Of a DNA stretch of 64,000 nucleotides, positions 46,659-58,700 are shown piece after piece (the first letter of the stretch is position 1; every line of letters starts with the position of its first letter). The position numbers and the translations under genes were made by a program. The notes beneath the pieces were generated by a model. The model was given only the letters and a program-made list of their open reading frames with translations, did no database searches and was not told where the DNA came from. The stretch lies in IMG/VR virus record IMGVR_UViG_2822699256_000006; one strand, 5' to 3'. The stretch comes from an uncultured virus (IMG/VR IMGVR_UViG_2822699256_000006) (Duplodnaviria; Heunggongvirae; Uroviricota; Caudoviricetes).

Positions 46659-47726
46659 CTATTTACTCACAATACCTTGCTTCCCGTCAAATGGAACATA
46701 GGCTTTTTTTGTTTCGTCCCATTTCTCTACGACAAAGTGACTTAAATAAGGATGATCAGCATAAGAAAAAGTAACATTAGCCATTCCATCTTTTACTTGT
46801 ACTTGCAGTCCCTTAGGGGTAATGCCTTCCTTAACTACATCTTGATGATTTCTCATAATTGAGAAGTCTGCTGTCCAGTTGGCACCTTTCATTGACTGCA
46901 TATCTTCTTGAACAGATTTTACGCTGTCCTCTAAATCGAATAAAATCTGTGTGATTTTACTATTTTTTTGAACCATTTGCTGCAAGAAGATATACAAGAA
47001 GTCTTCAGGTATATCTTTGAATTGCATTTTGACTGGAAAATATAATACCCAATCTGTATGAGCTACTGCACTTAAAGATACAACACCTTTTTCTGTAATT
47101 GTACCTGTAACAAAACGGTTGTACTCATCACGGGCTGGCATTCCACTTGAAGTTAGCACACTAACATCACCATCAATAAACTTCACACCATTTGGCTGAA
47201 TCACAGTAAAGCTCTCAGCTTCTATATCTACATTATATTTATGTGGAACAAATAACTCTTTATTGATTCTCTCCACGTTAGCAAGTGCCATTTCTTGAAG
47301 TTGTCTTAATCTATAATCTAACTTTAAGCCCTCTTCAATATTTACATCGACAGAGGCTACAGCATTATTTAGCTCTTCAAAGAATACTCCTTTTGTTAGC
47401 TCACCACCACCGCTATTTCCAGTGTTATTTCCAGTATTTGAAGCGATTTTATAAATCTCTTCTTTTAATTGTCTTAATGTGTCTTCTAATCGCTTACCTC
47501 GGCCGGCAGTACTTTCAAAACAAGCTGTTGATATTTCAGTTAGTGCTTCATCTGCACGAATAAGAGCAGTTAAAGCATTATTAGATGTGGTGTCAAACTT
47601 AGATGACAGGTTTAAGATTTTGTATTTTTCTCTCTCCCAGTCACTCAGACTTTGATTCATCTCACCGATTTTTTCCTCCAGCAAGTTCACAAATGCGATT
47701 AAATCTTTGGAATTATGTATAGGCAT
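46659..47726 (-). CDS. Coiled-coil putative structural protein
   Basis: RBS AGGGAGG; preceded by operator-like TGAAATGCATTACA at 47757-47770. Confidence 0.75.
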   Translation of the reverse strand: MPIHNSKDLIAFVNLLEEKIGEMNQSLSDWEREKYKILNLSSKFDTTSNNALTALIRADEALTEISTACFESTAGRGKRLEDTLRQLKEEIYKIASNTGNNTGNSGGGELTKGVFFEELNNAVASVDVNIEEGLKLDYRLRQLQEMALANVERINKELFVPHKYNVDIEAESFTVIQPNGVKFIDGDVSVLTSSGMPARDEYNRFVTGTITEKGVVSLSAVAHTDWVLYFPVKMQFKDIPEDFLYIFLQQMVQKNSKITQILFDLEDSVKSVQEDMQSMKGANWTADFSIMRNHQDVVKEGITPKGLQVQVKDGMANVTFSYADHPYLSHFVVEKWDETKKAYVPFDGKQGIVSK

Positions 47727-47777
47727 TTCTAATACCTCCCTTTCATTATCTTATCATGAAATGCATTACATCAACTA

Positions 47778-50700
47778 CTAAATTTCATGAATTTCTGTTG
47801 TATCTTCTAACAACGATGGCGATACATTCAATTTTACATAATCAATTAGAATAGATCCTTTTCTTACTTCTTTTGATTTGTTTAATATAATACTCATTTT
47901 ATGCACATTGGCTTGTAATTTTATAGATTGTTTATAAACCATCCATTGAGATTGGTTAATTGATACCAATGGAATCTCTTCTTTTTTGCCATTATCATAT
48001 ATTATTTCTATTCTACCTAAGCTGCGTTTTGTGGCTGTTTGCTCTTTTATTGCTTTAATCTCTAAACCATATTGTTTTGAAGATATTAAATGCCCAGGTA
48101 AAGTAATTCCGTATTCAGCTTCACCGCTTACTCGTAGTGCATAGTTATCGCCAGTTCCTAAGAATGTATTGATAACTTCATAGTCACCTTTGCTTATAGA
48201 GCTATCATAATAACCAATATGCTGATTATATAGAAACTCATGATTTGGAAGAATATTAAAGTTATCTTCCTGTTCGCTTTCATTATAAAACTCAATAATA
48301 GGAAGTGTTCCATACGACTTATGCTTTGCGACAGCTTGCTGTATTTCAGACTCACTAAATCCATTTGGATTATCATTTGACCTTAAAATACTTCTTGGCA
48401 GTCTGATAATGATAACACCATTCTCTTGATAAGCTTCTCCATCAAAGTAACCAATGTCCCAATGATATAGTGATTCTTTATTTACTTGTTTAATAATTTC
48501 CCTTGATAAGGATTCGTCTAGTCCCCCGCCTTTTGTTCTTGTATCAAGAATAGTTATGTTGTCTTTTGATGTGCTATTAGACTGTAGCATTACTTTTCCT
48601 AATCGAAGCAAGGTTGGATTATATTTTCGATCTTTTGGATTAAACCAAAACTCTTCATCTGTATGGAAAAGGACCTTCTTACGAACTGATCCTGTTACAA
48701 GTTTGCCATGTAAACTAGGGTTAGTTAAATCAACTAATCTAACTGCAGAAGGGCATATATACACATGAATTTGTTTCACTAGCAATTCTAGATTACTAGT
48801 TCCTTCTTTTTTTACTTTAAACGGCTCTGTATCACTTTCAATAGGAATCCATCTATGGAAACCATTTTCAGCTACTGTGTGACGATGTCCTGGTGTTGGG
48901 TTTAAATCTAAATGGAAGAATGATTCATTCTTTTCAAAGCCTCGATATGTATACCATTCTTCTTTGTATGCGTATTTTATATATACCTCATCTTGCTCTC
49001 CTATGCGATCTAATAAATAAATAATTCCCTTCATTGCGTCTACATCAGCTACTCGGAGATTTCGTTTATGATTCCCTCTAATTGAATAGACTTCTAGATA
49101 ACTAGTTTTTTTGGGTGAGCTTAATAGAATTGGAGTATATCTTGTTTGTATGGAATACTCATTTAATATCATTGGCCGTTCTTTATCCACTAGTATAGTC
49201 GCATTATTGTAGAATTCTTGATTCGTATATTCTGGAAGACTATACTCCAAATCCACCTCTACGATATCATTTGGCGATTTTACCATTCCCAATAGCTGCG
49301 GATACGCAATGTATATTTCAGGCGGTCTTTCTATTGAATTTAACTCATGATAAGGTAATCGCAACCGCTTCAAAAATCTTCCGCTTTTCACTCGAACATA
49401 CCAGTTTTCTTGTTCTATATTTTGTTGTTCAATTCTAGGTTTTTCAATCTCAATTTTCCTCTGCTCTTCTACTTTGATAGCGAATAAAGGAACTGCTGAT
49501 AATTGTTGAAAAGTTGTCCAAGCTACTACATCCACATGAATAGAAGGATTTAGCTTCCCTTTATCAGTTAATATGCTTTTTAACCGAAGACGATTAACAC
49601 CTATCTGATCTTGAAACTGATCCACCGGTAATCGAATAAATCCATTTTTAGTACATCTAAATCTGTAATTAACTCGATACTCTGCATTCTCTACAGAAGC
49701 AGTTCCATCGGCTGATATTCCGTTTACTTTCCCACGTTCAATTCGCAAACAGATTTCATCTAGTGGAATATCTTTAGGTATTTCAAGAAATTGATAAACG
49801 CCTATGTCACCAAATATCTCTACAATGCTTTTCAAGCCATCTGATTTTAATATCTCATTATCCTCTAATGTATAAGGCGTCCCTATTACTCGTATGGGAG
49901 GAACTTTTGGTATAACCTTTAATTTGTTTGGCTGCTCTAGCTGGATAGAAACATTCTCTCCAGTTAATAAAACTGGTTCATTCCATGTGAAGTCTTTTAC
50001 AGTTGATGGTATCTGCTCAGTAGGAAGCACACTTGGAACAGTGGAAATTGTATAATGTCCATCTGCATGATACTCTATAAAGCCTGTTCCTTTTATTGTT
50101 AGACCATTTTGTTTAGTTGTCCATTTGGATCTGACTACATTACCTGTAATGGGGTCATTAGAACGCCCATACACGAAGTGTGTCCTAGGGTCTATGCTAA
50201 TAGTAAATTCACCATCTGATTTCCCGTAATATGTGAAGACTTCATAAGTCGCATCACCTAATTGTTTAGCCTTACTTTTAATTGATGCAGCCATCAAGTC
50301 TTCCACTGCATAATTAGAAAGCTTTTTGTCCTTCGTATCTGTTAATAAGATATCTTTTTTCTCTGTGCAAATTGTATCTACAATCACGTCAGCCATTTTA
50401 AAGTCGTACCATAGTGTATTTCTTTGAGAAGCAGAAAAAATACCATATGAGCCTTTTTGATGCGTACTATCTTTCGCTTGGCAAACTAATTGTCCTAGTT
50501 CGTCTGATTCAGGATTATCAGAAATGAAAATACGGAACCAATCACCAGTTACAACTACGGTTAATTTATAATCTTTTCCATGCTCCCAGCCCTTACTAAC
50601 ATATGATTCAGACGTATTTGTTATATCTTTAAATGAACAGTTCGTTTTATCGGTAGGATATCTACTTCCACTATTCCATGAATCTTGATTCGGAGATGGT

Positions 50701-52754
50701 GGTAAAGCACTTGGCAAAGCTTTTAGAATTCGTTTATGATTTCTTCCAAATCCACTACTTAAATAAGCTTCCCTACTATTGGTTGTATTCCACGTATTAT
50801 TATTAACCGGACTAAAGGTTTTCATAGTAAAGCCATATTCGTTAAGAATAACACGATCACATGGTTGTATTTTGCCAGCAACATCCTTGCCGTGCTCTTT
50901 TGTATAAGTTTTTTCTGTTGTTGATTTTTCATCTTTCTCCCAAACAAACATGTAATAATTTTGTGCATCTTGTACACGGAACATAAGTCCAATACAATCA
51001 TCATCAATGGAATCATCCATTTTCACTTTTACAGAAAATTGATAATCTGTTTTCTCCATCAGATTAATTGTTTTACCATTAATCATTTCATTTCTTTGAT
51101 AGAATCCACAAACATCATTTTGATTTTCTAAATACTGAATTACATTCTTTTTCATAGATGCAATATAAGAATACTGCCACTTACTTAAATCATTAGAAAT
51201 CCCTATCGTAGACCATTTGTTTTTATCTAGCACATCTAATACTTTAGTTTCTCTTTCTTTTTTAAAGGCAACATCTGCACATACTTGCCAGTTTGTTTTA
51301 TAATCCATTTTCTTTTCAGTGAAGCCTTGTCCGTTCGCTTCCCATGTAAATCCCCATTTTGTTTTTTGGCGCTCTGGGATAATGGTACAGCGATGAAGGA
51401 TTGGTTCATCTTTAATCTTCACATTATCTTGAAGGGCATTCTTCCAGGGCTTCACATTCAATTGCTTTACTTTTGCTTCTGCAGCATGCGACATAACCTC
51501 ATTGATCTGACTTTCAACTTCATTATTATCTACAATGGTTGTTATGTTATATAGAAGATTCCCTTTTCCGTCTTCGATGAAGTATTTTGCATCCATCGGA
51601 ACACTTGGTGTACCCATTGGTAAAGATAACTCAATCATATCTTTTGCATTTATTTTCCCACCATCTAAAGACAATCCAATATTCTTCCATTCGCCAGTGT
51701 ATTCTTCTTTTTCATTTGCAAGCAATGCATCGTAATTCATTACCCAATCTGTGATATGCCCAACACTTACTTGCATTTCTTTTCCATCGTCATTTTTATA
51801 TTTTGCAACAATTCGATGTGAAAATATTTTAGGTGTTCTAGGATCGGATTCAGACCTTTGAGCAACAATCACTTTATGACCTTCCCCATTACTATGAGGA
51901 ACTACCGCAAAGATTTCTTTATCTGGATTATCTACGGAGGCTTGGCGAACCTCTTCTTCAGTCTTTTGGTCAAATGCACTTATGCCATTGATAATTCGTA
52001 GTTTCCCACCTTCAAGCATTTGTCTAGATAGCTTATCCACTTGAATCTCATTATTTTTATCTGTATAAAACTCTATGCTTTTTTCTACAGCTTGTATACT
52101 TGAATCTTTTACGATCTTATCTATGTGATTATAGCGAATTTTAATGGTATTATTCTTGTCTGTATTCTTATGAAGATAGACTTGTATACTATAAATTCTT
52201 GGATTTTCTTTATGTGGTATTACATAGATATCATACTTGTAAGAATCATCCAACAGATTTCCGTTCTCATCTGTTAATTCTATTTGCTGCCCTGTATATT
52301 TTTCTTTTTTAAATACACCATTTTCATTTGCAATGGCAGTTTTACTATCATAATGAAAATCTATTTCGAACTTATAATAAAGAGCACTTTCAGTTTTATA
52401 CTCATTCTTTTTGAATTTCCGAGTAACATTAATCTTATTGCTTGGAAAGACCCCTTTAGGTGGCCGAGGTTTTATTTCGTCCTCATTAACAATATCAACG
52501 TACTCCAATTCCCCTGCTTCATTTGCAACCACAATTGATTCTAATTGATCTTTTGTGATTACATTATCGGCTGTATATGAAGTATCAATTAATGATAAAT
52601 TCTCTTCAATCTGCACCTTTGGCACATGAATATAAGCTAGATTAACATCGCCTTCTGGTACTTCTTTTCCTAAGCGCATAGAATAGGTATTATTAGAGAG
52701 CTTGCTCTTATAGTCATGCAAATCTAACCCCTGTTTTTCTCTTTCAAGAGACAT
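47778..52754 (-). CDS. ~1658-aa structural protein with thrombospondin-C/lectin-like and C-terminal CBM-like domains
   Basis: DDDCIGLMFRVQDAQNYYMFVW; DTRTKGGGL; C-term NILPNHEF...ILIDYVKL. Confidence 0.75.
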   Translation of the reverse strand: MSLEREKQGLDLHDYKSKLSNNTYSMRLGKEVPEGDVNLAYIHVPKVQIEENLSLIDTSYTADNVITKDQLESIVVANEAGELEYVDIVNEDEIKPRPPKGVFPSNKINVTRKFKKNEYKTESALYYKFEIDFHYDSKTAIANENGVFKKEKYTGQQIELTDENGNLLDDSYKYDIYVIPHKENPRIYSIQVYLHKNTDKNNTIKIRYNHIDKIVKDSSIQAVEKSIEFYTDKNNEIQVDKLSRQMLEGGKLRIINGISAFDQKTEEEVRQASVDNPDKEIFAVVPHSNGEGHKVIVAQRSESDPRTPKIFSHRIVAKYKNDDGKEMQVSVGHITDWVMNYDALLANEKEEYTGEWKNIGLSLDGGKINAKDMIELSLPMGTPSVPMDAKYFIEDGKGNLLYNITTIVDNNEVESQINEVMSHAAEAKVKQLNVKPWKNALQDNVKIKDEPILHRCTIIPERQKTKWGFTWEANGQGFTEKKMDYKTNWQVCADVAFKKERETKVLDVLDKNKWSTIGISNDLSKWQYSYIASMKKNVIQYLENQNDVCGFYQRNEMINGKTINLMEKTDYQFSVKVKMDDSIDDDCIGLMFRVQDAQNYYMFVWEKDEKSTTEKTYTKEHGKDVAGKIQPCDRVILNEYGFTMKTFSPVNNNTWNTTNSREAYLSSGFGRNHKRILKALPSALPPSPNQDSWNSGSRYPTDKTNCSFKDITNTSESYVSKGWEHGKDYKLTVVVTGDWFRIFISDNPESDELGQLVCQAKDSTHQKGSYGIFSASQRNTLWYDFKMADVIVDTICTEKKDILLTDTKDKKLSNYAVEDLMAASIKSKAKQLGDATYEVFTYYGKSDGEFTISIDPRTHFVYGRSNDPITGNVVRSKWTTKQNGLTIKGTGFIEYHADGHYTISTVPSVLPTEQIPSTVKDFTWNEPVLLTGENVSIQLEQPNKLKVIPKVPPIRVIGTPYTLEDNEILKSDGLKSIVEIFGDIGVYQFLEIPKDIPLDEICLRIERGKVNGISADGTASVENAEYRVNYRFRCTKNGFIRLPVDQFQDQIGVNRLRLKSILTDKGKLNPSIHVDVVAWTTFQQLSAVPLFAIKVEEQRKIEIEKPRIEQQNIEQENWYVRVKSGRFLKRLRLPYHELNSIERPPEIYIAYPQLLGMVKSPNDIVEVDLEYSLPEYTNQEFYNNATILVDKERPMILNEYSIQTRYTPILLSSPKKTSYLEVYSIRGNHKRNLRVADVDAMKGIIYLLDRIGEQDEVYIKYAYKEEWYTYRGFEKNESFFHLDLNPTPGHRHTVAENGFHRWIPIESDTEPFKVKKEGTSNLELLVKQIHVYICPSAVRLVDLTNPSLHGKLVTGSVRKKVLFHTDEEFWFNPKDRKYNPTLLRLGKVMLQSNSTSKDNITILDTRTKGGGLDESLSREIIKQVNKESLYHWDIGYFDGEAYQENGVIIIRLPRSILRSNDNPNGFSESEIQQAVAKHKSYGTLPIIEFYNESEQEDNFNILPNHEFLYNQHIGYYDSSISKGDYEVINTFLGTGDNYALRVSGEAEYGITLPGHLISSKQYGLEIKAIKEQTATKRSLGRIEIIYDNGKKEEIPLVSINQSQWMVYKQSIKLQANVHKMSIILNKSKEVRKGSILIDYVKLNVSPSLLEDTTEIHEI

Positions 52755-52795
52755 GAAAGAACCTCCTTTTATATGAGAAAAAGCCAAAGGGGAAT

Positions 52796-55700
52796 TTATC
52801 CCCCAATGACTTTTATATATACATAGCTTGCTGCTTGCTCAAAGCCCATATCATATGAAACTTTAATCATAATTTCACCATGCTTTTCTTTTAATCCACT
52901 TAATATGAACTCAGCTTGTCCAAAATCATTTGTTATGACCTCTTTTTTACGTGCATTTCCATGCGTATCTCTATATTCAATATTTATTTTTTTATCTTTC
53001 ATAACAGGATTCCAACTAGAATCTCTTAGTGTCATTTTAATAGTCGCATAGTCGTCTACACTTGATAAGATAGCCAATTTAGGAGCAACTACATCGATAT
53101 AGAATCTTTCTTTTTTATTTTCTGCATAATAGTTTAATAACAACTCTTTTCGCAGATCATTGCATTCTATGCGGTATATACTAATCAAGCCTTTTGGTGG
53201 AGCTGGTGTATCGTAAATGTATACCTCACCTGCTTCATTCGTAATAAACTCCGCATCTATTGGCTTATCGTCTCGATAAATTTTCACTATTTTATTCGGG
53301 CAAGGGTTATTGTATTTATCTAAAATACTAACAGTTACAAGAACCTTTTCCTTCCCTGAATTAGAGATTGTCTTATCTGATAAATGAGCTTGTATTATTT
53401 TTGCATCTTGCTCTCCTGTTTCAGATAGATATAAGAATCCAGTGTGGTTATGAGTTAATAAAGGATTTAAAACAATTTCTTTCGCACGATAGAAAGGTGT
53501 CTCTTTTGCTGATTCATAAATGACTTTCATATTTTTCATCTTATTTTCTTCATAGTTATTGTGTAAAATAATCTGAGCTGAATCGGTTTCTAAGCTTGAA
53601 TTTATATCAAGAATGTAGCTATATAATAAAATGTAACGCACTTCTATTATATCAGTTACATTAATTTCTTTCATAAATTCAATAGCTGAAACTTCCTCAT
53701 GAAAAATCAAATCATTCGCTTCAATAAGATTTCCATTTAGATAAACCTTTAACGTTTCTTTATCAATGCCTTTGTAGTTTAAATAATATTTTGCATATCC
53801 ATTTCCATGAAAGACCTCTTTATTTTCTAACGTTAAATTCCAGTTATCATCATAAAATGTTACCTTCCTCAAAGTATTACCTTGATTATCCTGCACGATG
53901 ATTGGACAACCTTGCTGTGGTCTTGGTTGAATCACAATACTATTGTTTTTATCAGGAGTTACTATATATTCTTTTTTCTCTGCATATAAGTAATGCTCCC
54001 TTTCTTGATGATAATAATATCCATTGTGCACAAGCGGATGCCAAGGCAGCGGTCTAGCTTTTTTCACTTGAGCAAATAGTTTATATCCAAGATAAGGTGT
54101 TAAGTAATTAGGATGAATACGTTCAAAGTCTTTACCCGGCCTAGACCAGTGCAAACGAATAACAGCTTGCCCTACATTATCAAAGAAATTCGCCCTAATT
54201 GGATACCATTTACCACCTTCCATATATACAGAAGCTTCATAAGAAGGGAAGAAGTCTTCAGCTGAAGTAATATGCCATTCATTGATAAGCAACTTATCAG
54301 CAATCCATAATCTAAAACCGTCGTTTACTTGCGCTTTAAAACGATAATATCCTGTTTGCGGTGCATAAATATATCCATTCCAACTTACAGTAAATCCGTC
54401 ATTGGGATCTGACTCTGTTGGTGGCTGAAGAACCGGAACCGTTGGTTCATTCTTAGAAGGATATTTATTTTGATTTGGATCAGGTATAGGTGGATTCTGT
54501 CCCCTTACTGTTGCAAATAATTTTGATTGACCATATGCAGTCATCTTTGGTTTTTCAGATGGCTTCCATTGCGCAATTCTACACATTAAGTTAACCCATA
54601 TTTTCATTTCATTATCACTCAATTGTTGTCTAAAATGCCCATCACAATAATAAGTGCTATCTCCAGCTTCTGAGTAATATACGTTATCAATATAGCTTAA
54701 CCATGGTCGATTTTCATGCGCAAATTTATAGATAGGTATCCCATTCAAACATTGATTCCAGTGACTCACACTTACGTCAAATGTTCCTGTAAGTGGGTAT
54801 GGATAATTGAATGACGGGTCAATCAATGTAATCTTATCACCACGTGTATATGGCTCGGAATTAGCTTTTTTAAATCCAAACTCTTCAAGCAGTTTAATTG
54901 TATTTTTGATGTTACCAGATATCGTATCATGACTAAATATGATTACTTTATTAGATGATGCTTTAAACTTACGAACAAAATCAATCATATCATCTGAGAA
55001 ATCTGTCCCTGCATTACAATCCGCAGGAGTAAATGTAAGCACATCAAAATCCTCGACCTTATATTTATTCCAGTTTTGGTACACATCTTGCACTATCTCG
55101 ATGTTTTTTGATATATCAAAGTTGCCATACCTTTTAACAGCTTCTTGAATAGATGTATGGCCGAGAGGATTTGCTTCCAGAACAGATGGAGACAATTCTA
55201 GAACTCTAATTTTTTGAAACTCCTTAAAGTAAACTTCGTAATCACTCGCATCATTTCTTATATAGTATTCTGTAGATACGACAAAACGTGGCTCTAATTT
55301 TACTGATTGACAGAAGTTCAAATATTCCTTCTCGAATTTTTCTTTCATGACTTCTTCATCTAATTCAATTTCATAGAAAGCTTCTTCTCCCTCAATTACT
55401 TTACGCTTTTTAGTAAATTGAAGATGTTTTCTAAAGCCAGGGCGCTCTTTTGGTGTTATTCTTTTATAAGTCTGTAACCAGAAGTTCCAAAAATAGGTGT
55501 CTGGATTTGAATATGTAATTGGTCCCCAGGCGCCTGATTTATAAGTGTTTTCTTTATCGACAGCTTCAAGTTTCAGTTTCCCATCAACATAAACTTGAAA
55601 CTTATTTCCGATTACACTAACTTTTACATCATGTGTATAAAACTTACGATTAGGAATCGGCTTATTATCTGAACCATCTGGATCCCACCATTCTGGGTCA

Positions 55701-58700
55701 TGAGCTAATCGAACCTTACTAAAATTCAAGTGTCCTTTTCCTACTTGATCTGGATTTTTACATGTTAACTTATAAATTGCCATACCGTTTACACCTGCAC
55801 CACCTGAGTCCCATTCAAACGAATAGCCAGAGCATGTTTCAGGATTAAAACGGAATACACAGCCATAAAGGTCATCATCCCACAATGTTCTAGATTCTAC
55901 TTTAAATGAAAAAGCATAATCTTTTAATTCCACATGTTTTGGGTTATACCAACCAGAATAGTATCCTTGGTTAATTAAATTAATTACTTTATCATATCCT
56001 GCTTCAGGTGGGCCATGCCAGTCACCAGGTCCATCTATATGATTTCCCTTCGTATCAAATACTTTATCAGGATGTTGATCCCATTGTTTCCATTCACCTG
56101 TAAAGTTTGATATATCAACTGCATTTCCAACTGGATACACGACTTCCATGTCTACATCCACATCAAATTGAATATCTTCAGGCAAGAACATAGACATAGC
56201 GCTAAAGGACTCATCTGCATGAAGCTTCTTAGGTGAGCGATATCCCCAGTTAAAGCATAAAGAACCTTCATAGAATGGATCATTGTAATTTGGGTTTTCT
56301 TTCTTCATTGGAATATCTTCTTGAAAATCTAATTGAGTGTACTTTTTCTCCCCTAAATAATTGCGCTTAGTAGGATCATGAAGCTCATCTATGTGATATG
56401 ACTGGAAATGAACCCAATCATATAGATTTAATATATCTTTATTAATCGTAAGAGTATGGTCTTTTATTTCATACTTTTTACTATCTAATAGAATTCCATT
56501 CAAATAGATTTCCTTATAACTACCCAGCTCATTAATTTGAAATACATTATGTATAGACCCTGTTGCATATTTGATATTAATCGTACCGGGACGTATTCCG
56601 CTGCCGTGTAGTATTACAACATCATCTTCTAATGTCCATCCATTATTCTTATCTTGTGAGATAAGGGTATTACCTACTTTTACATGAAGTATTTTAAATG
56701 CCCCACTTGCTTGAACTGGAATTTCGATTTTATCCATATATGATTTAATTTCATAGGATTGTGTCCATTCTTGATAATCACCTTGCACTTGCCATTTTTG
56801 TTCATAGGTTTGTGAAGTTAATGGGAATCTGTAATACGAACCAAATAAGCCATCTTCTTTCCCTTTCTTCTCTTCAATCCAAACCTTTATAAACTCATTA
56901 TTACTTGTTACTTCAATTCGCTCTATGAATGTATTATCAGGGTCATAATCCTTTGCGACATTAGAATCATATGGATTCAGTTCTAATGGATTTTCTACAA
57001 CAGTGATATCACTCATATTAGCTTGTAACGTTTCTTTCGATTCCACCCAATTAGAGTACCAATCTGTATACCAGTTGTATGCATCCGTATGATTTGAGAA
57101 GAAATCTACCTTTGTTCCTTTTGGATTCAACTTATATTTCACCCTAGGATTATTAGGAAACTCTTTGTCGTATATGTCAATAAACGGACCTTTTAATGTC
57201 TCCATATCTAAATTATCAGGGAAGAATACAACTTCTGTAGAGACATTCACCATATCAGCTTTTCCTGATCCATCTCCAAAGAACGGGCGCTTTCCGTTTA
57301 CTTTTCCATATCCAATATACTTACCGGAAGACCAAGGAACCCAGCGTGGATTCTCCTTACAATGGATAACAATATTATCATTCTCATTGGAGGTTAATAC
57401 AATTGGCATGCCAGATTTCCCCTCTTGTGCAAGAGATTCTGGTCGTTTATCTGCTGATTCTGTTGTTAATGTTGGATTGCTTTCATACCACATTACAACA
57501 TCAGCGCTATTGGAAAACGCATCAAGTAAGAAGTGAATAACTTCAAAAGTATCAGGCATCCTGTCTTCTTTATCAGTAGGATGATAGAAATGTTCAGGAC
57601 ATGGTGGTATATGTGAAATTAAATCTTTATCACTTGTTATAATGCCAGAGTTTTTTATATCTGCTGGGAAAATAGCTTTATACCATTCTGTTGTTTTTGC
57701 AATGACTTTTGTTCCTACTGGAATCCTATCGAAATCATCTCTGTTTGCCCATTTCACTTTATCGTACTTAGGGTTTATTGTAGCTTCAATTGGTGTCATT
57801 TTATAATATGTCCACTTGTTTGGCTTAAAGGATGCTAGTGGATTAAATGTTACCCATCCGTTATACGCAAACACTTTTTCTTCAAAAGTCTTCTTCAACT
57901 TTTCAATCGGGAACGTACAGCTCCACATGACTAATCTGATTCCATCGAAATCAAAATCATCCCAACATTCATCAATAATTTCATCAGGTGGTTTAACTAC
58001 CGGATCATCAATTCTACATCCGCCATCCGATTCTTCAGGCTCCACATCTGGCGGAACAGGTTTAGGTTTCTTAACTGGCTTAACTAATTCATATTTCTCT
58101 TTCTTGTTAATGTAGTCCTCTCGATTAAAGAATTCATTATAATCATCTCTAAATACTTTTTTAATGTCATCGAACACTACTAGAGCTGTATTGAAATCTC
58201 TATGATCAGGAGTTACTTCTACTATTCCACATCGCACGTAACATTTTGCATATTTTTTACCTGCATCAGGTGGATTGTTATTTCGTGCTATAATTTGTCC
58301 AGTTTTCCCTGTAATGATTAACGTCCCTGTTTTAGGGTCTACTACCTGTCCACTTATATCATCCATAATAAATCCGGGTAGGTTCATCTTTTCGCTAACA
58401 TAATCCTGTGCATTATTTGCAAGAATTTGATCGCCTATCCCATTGAACTCAAAGTATTCACTATAGTTCTGAGGGAATCTACCACTATAATCTTTCCATG
58501 TAGTGTAGTCTTTAGCATGTACTGTGATTGGTCCATTCCTGCCCGCAACATCTATTGTTCCATTTTCAGCAACACGGGTATAACCATGTATATAAAAGAT
58601 ATCTACTTCTCCATAGCCGACATGAGCTGCGTCACATTTTCGCCTGAATCCAACATCATTATCTACATACCATGCTGCTACATCTGCTATCCTTTTATTT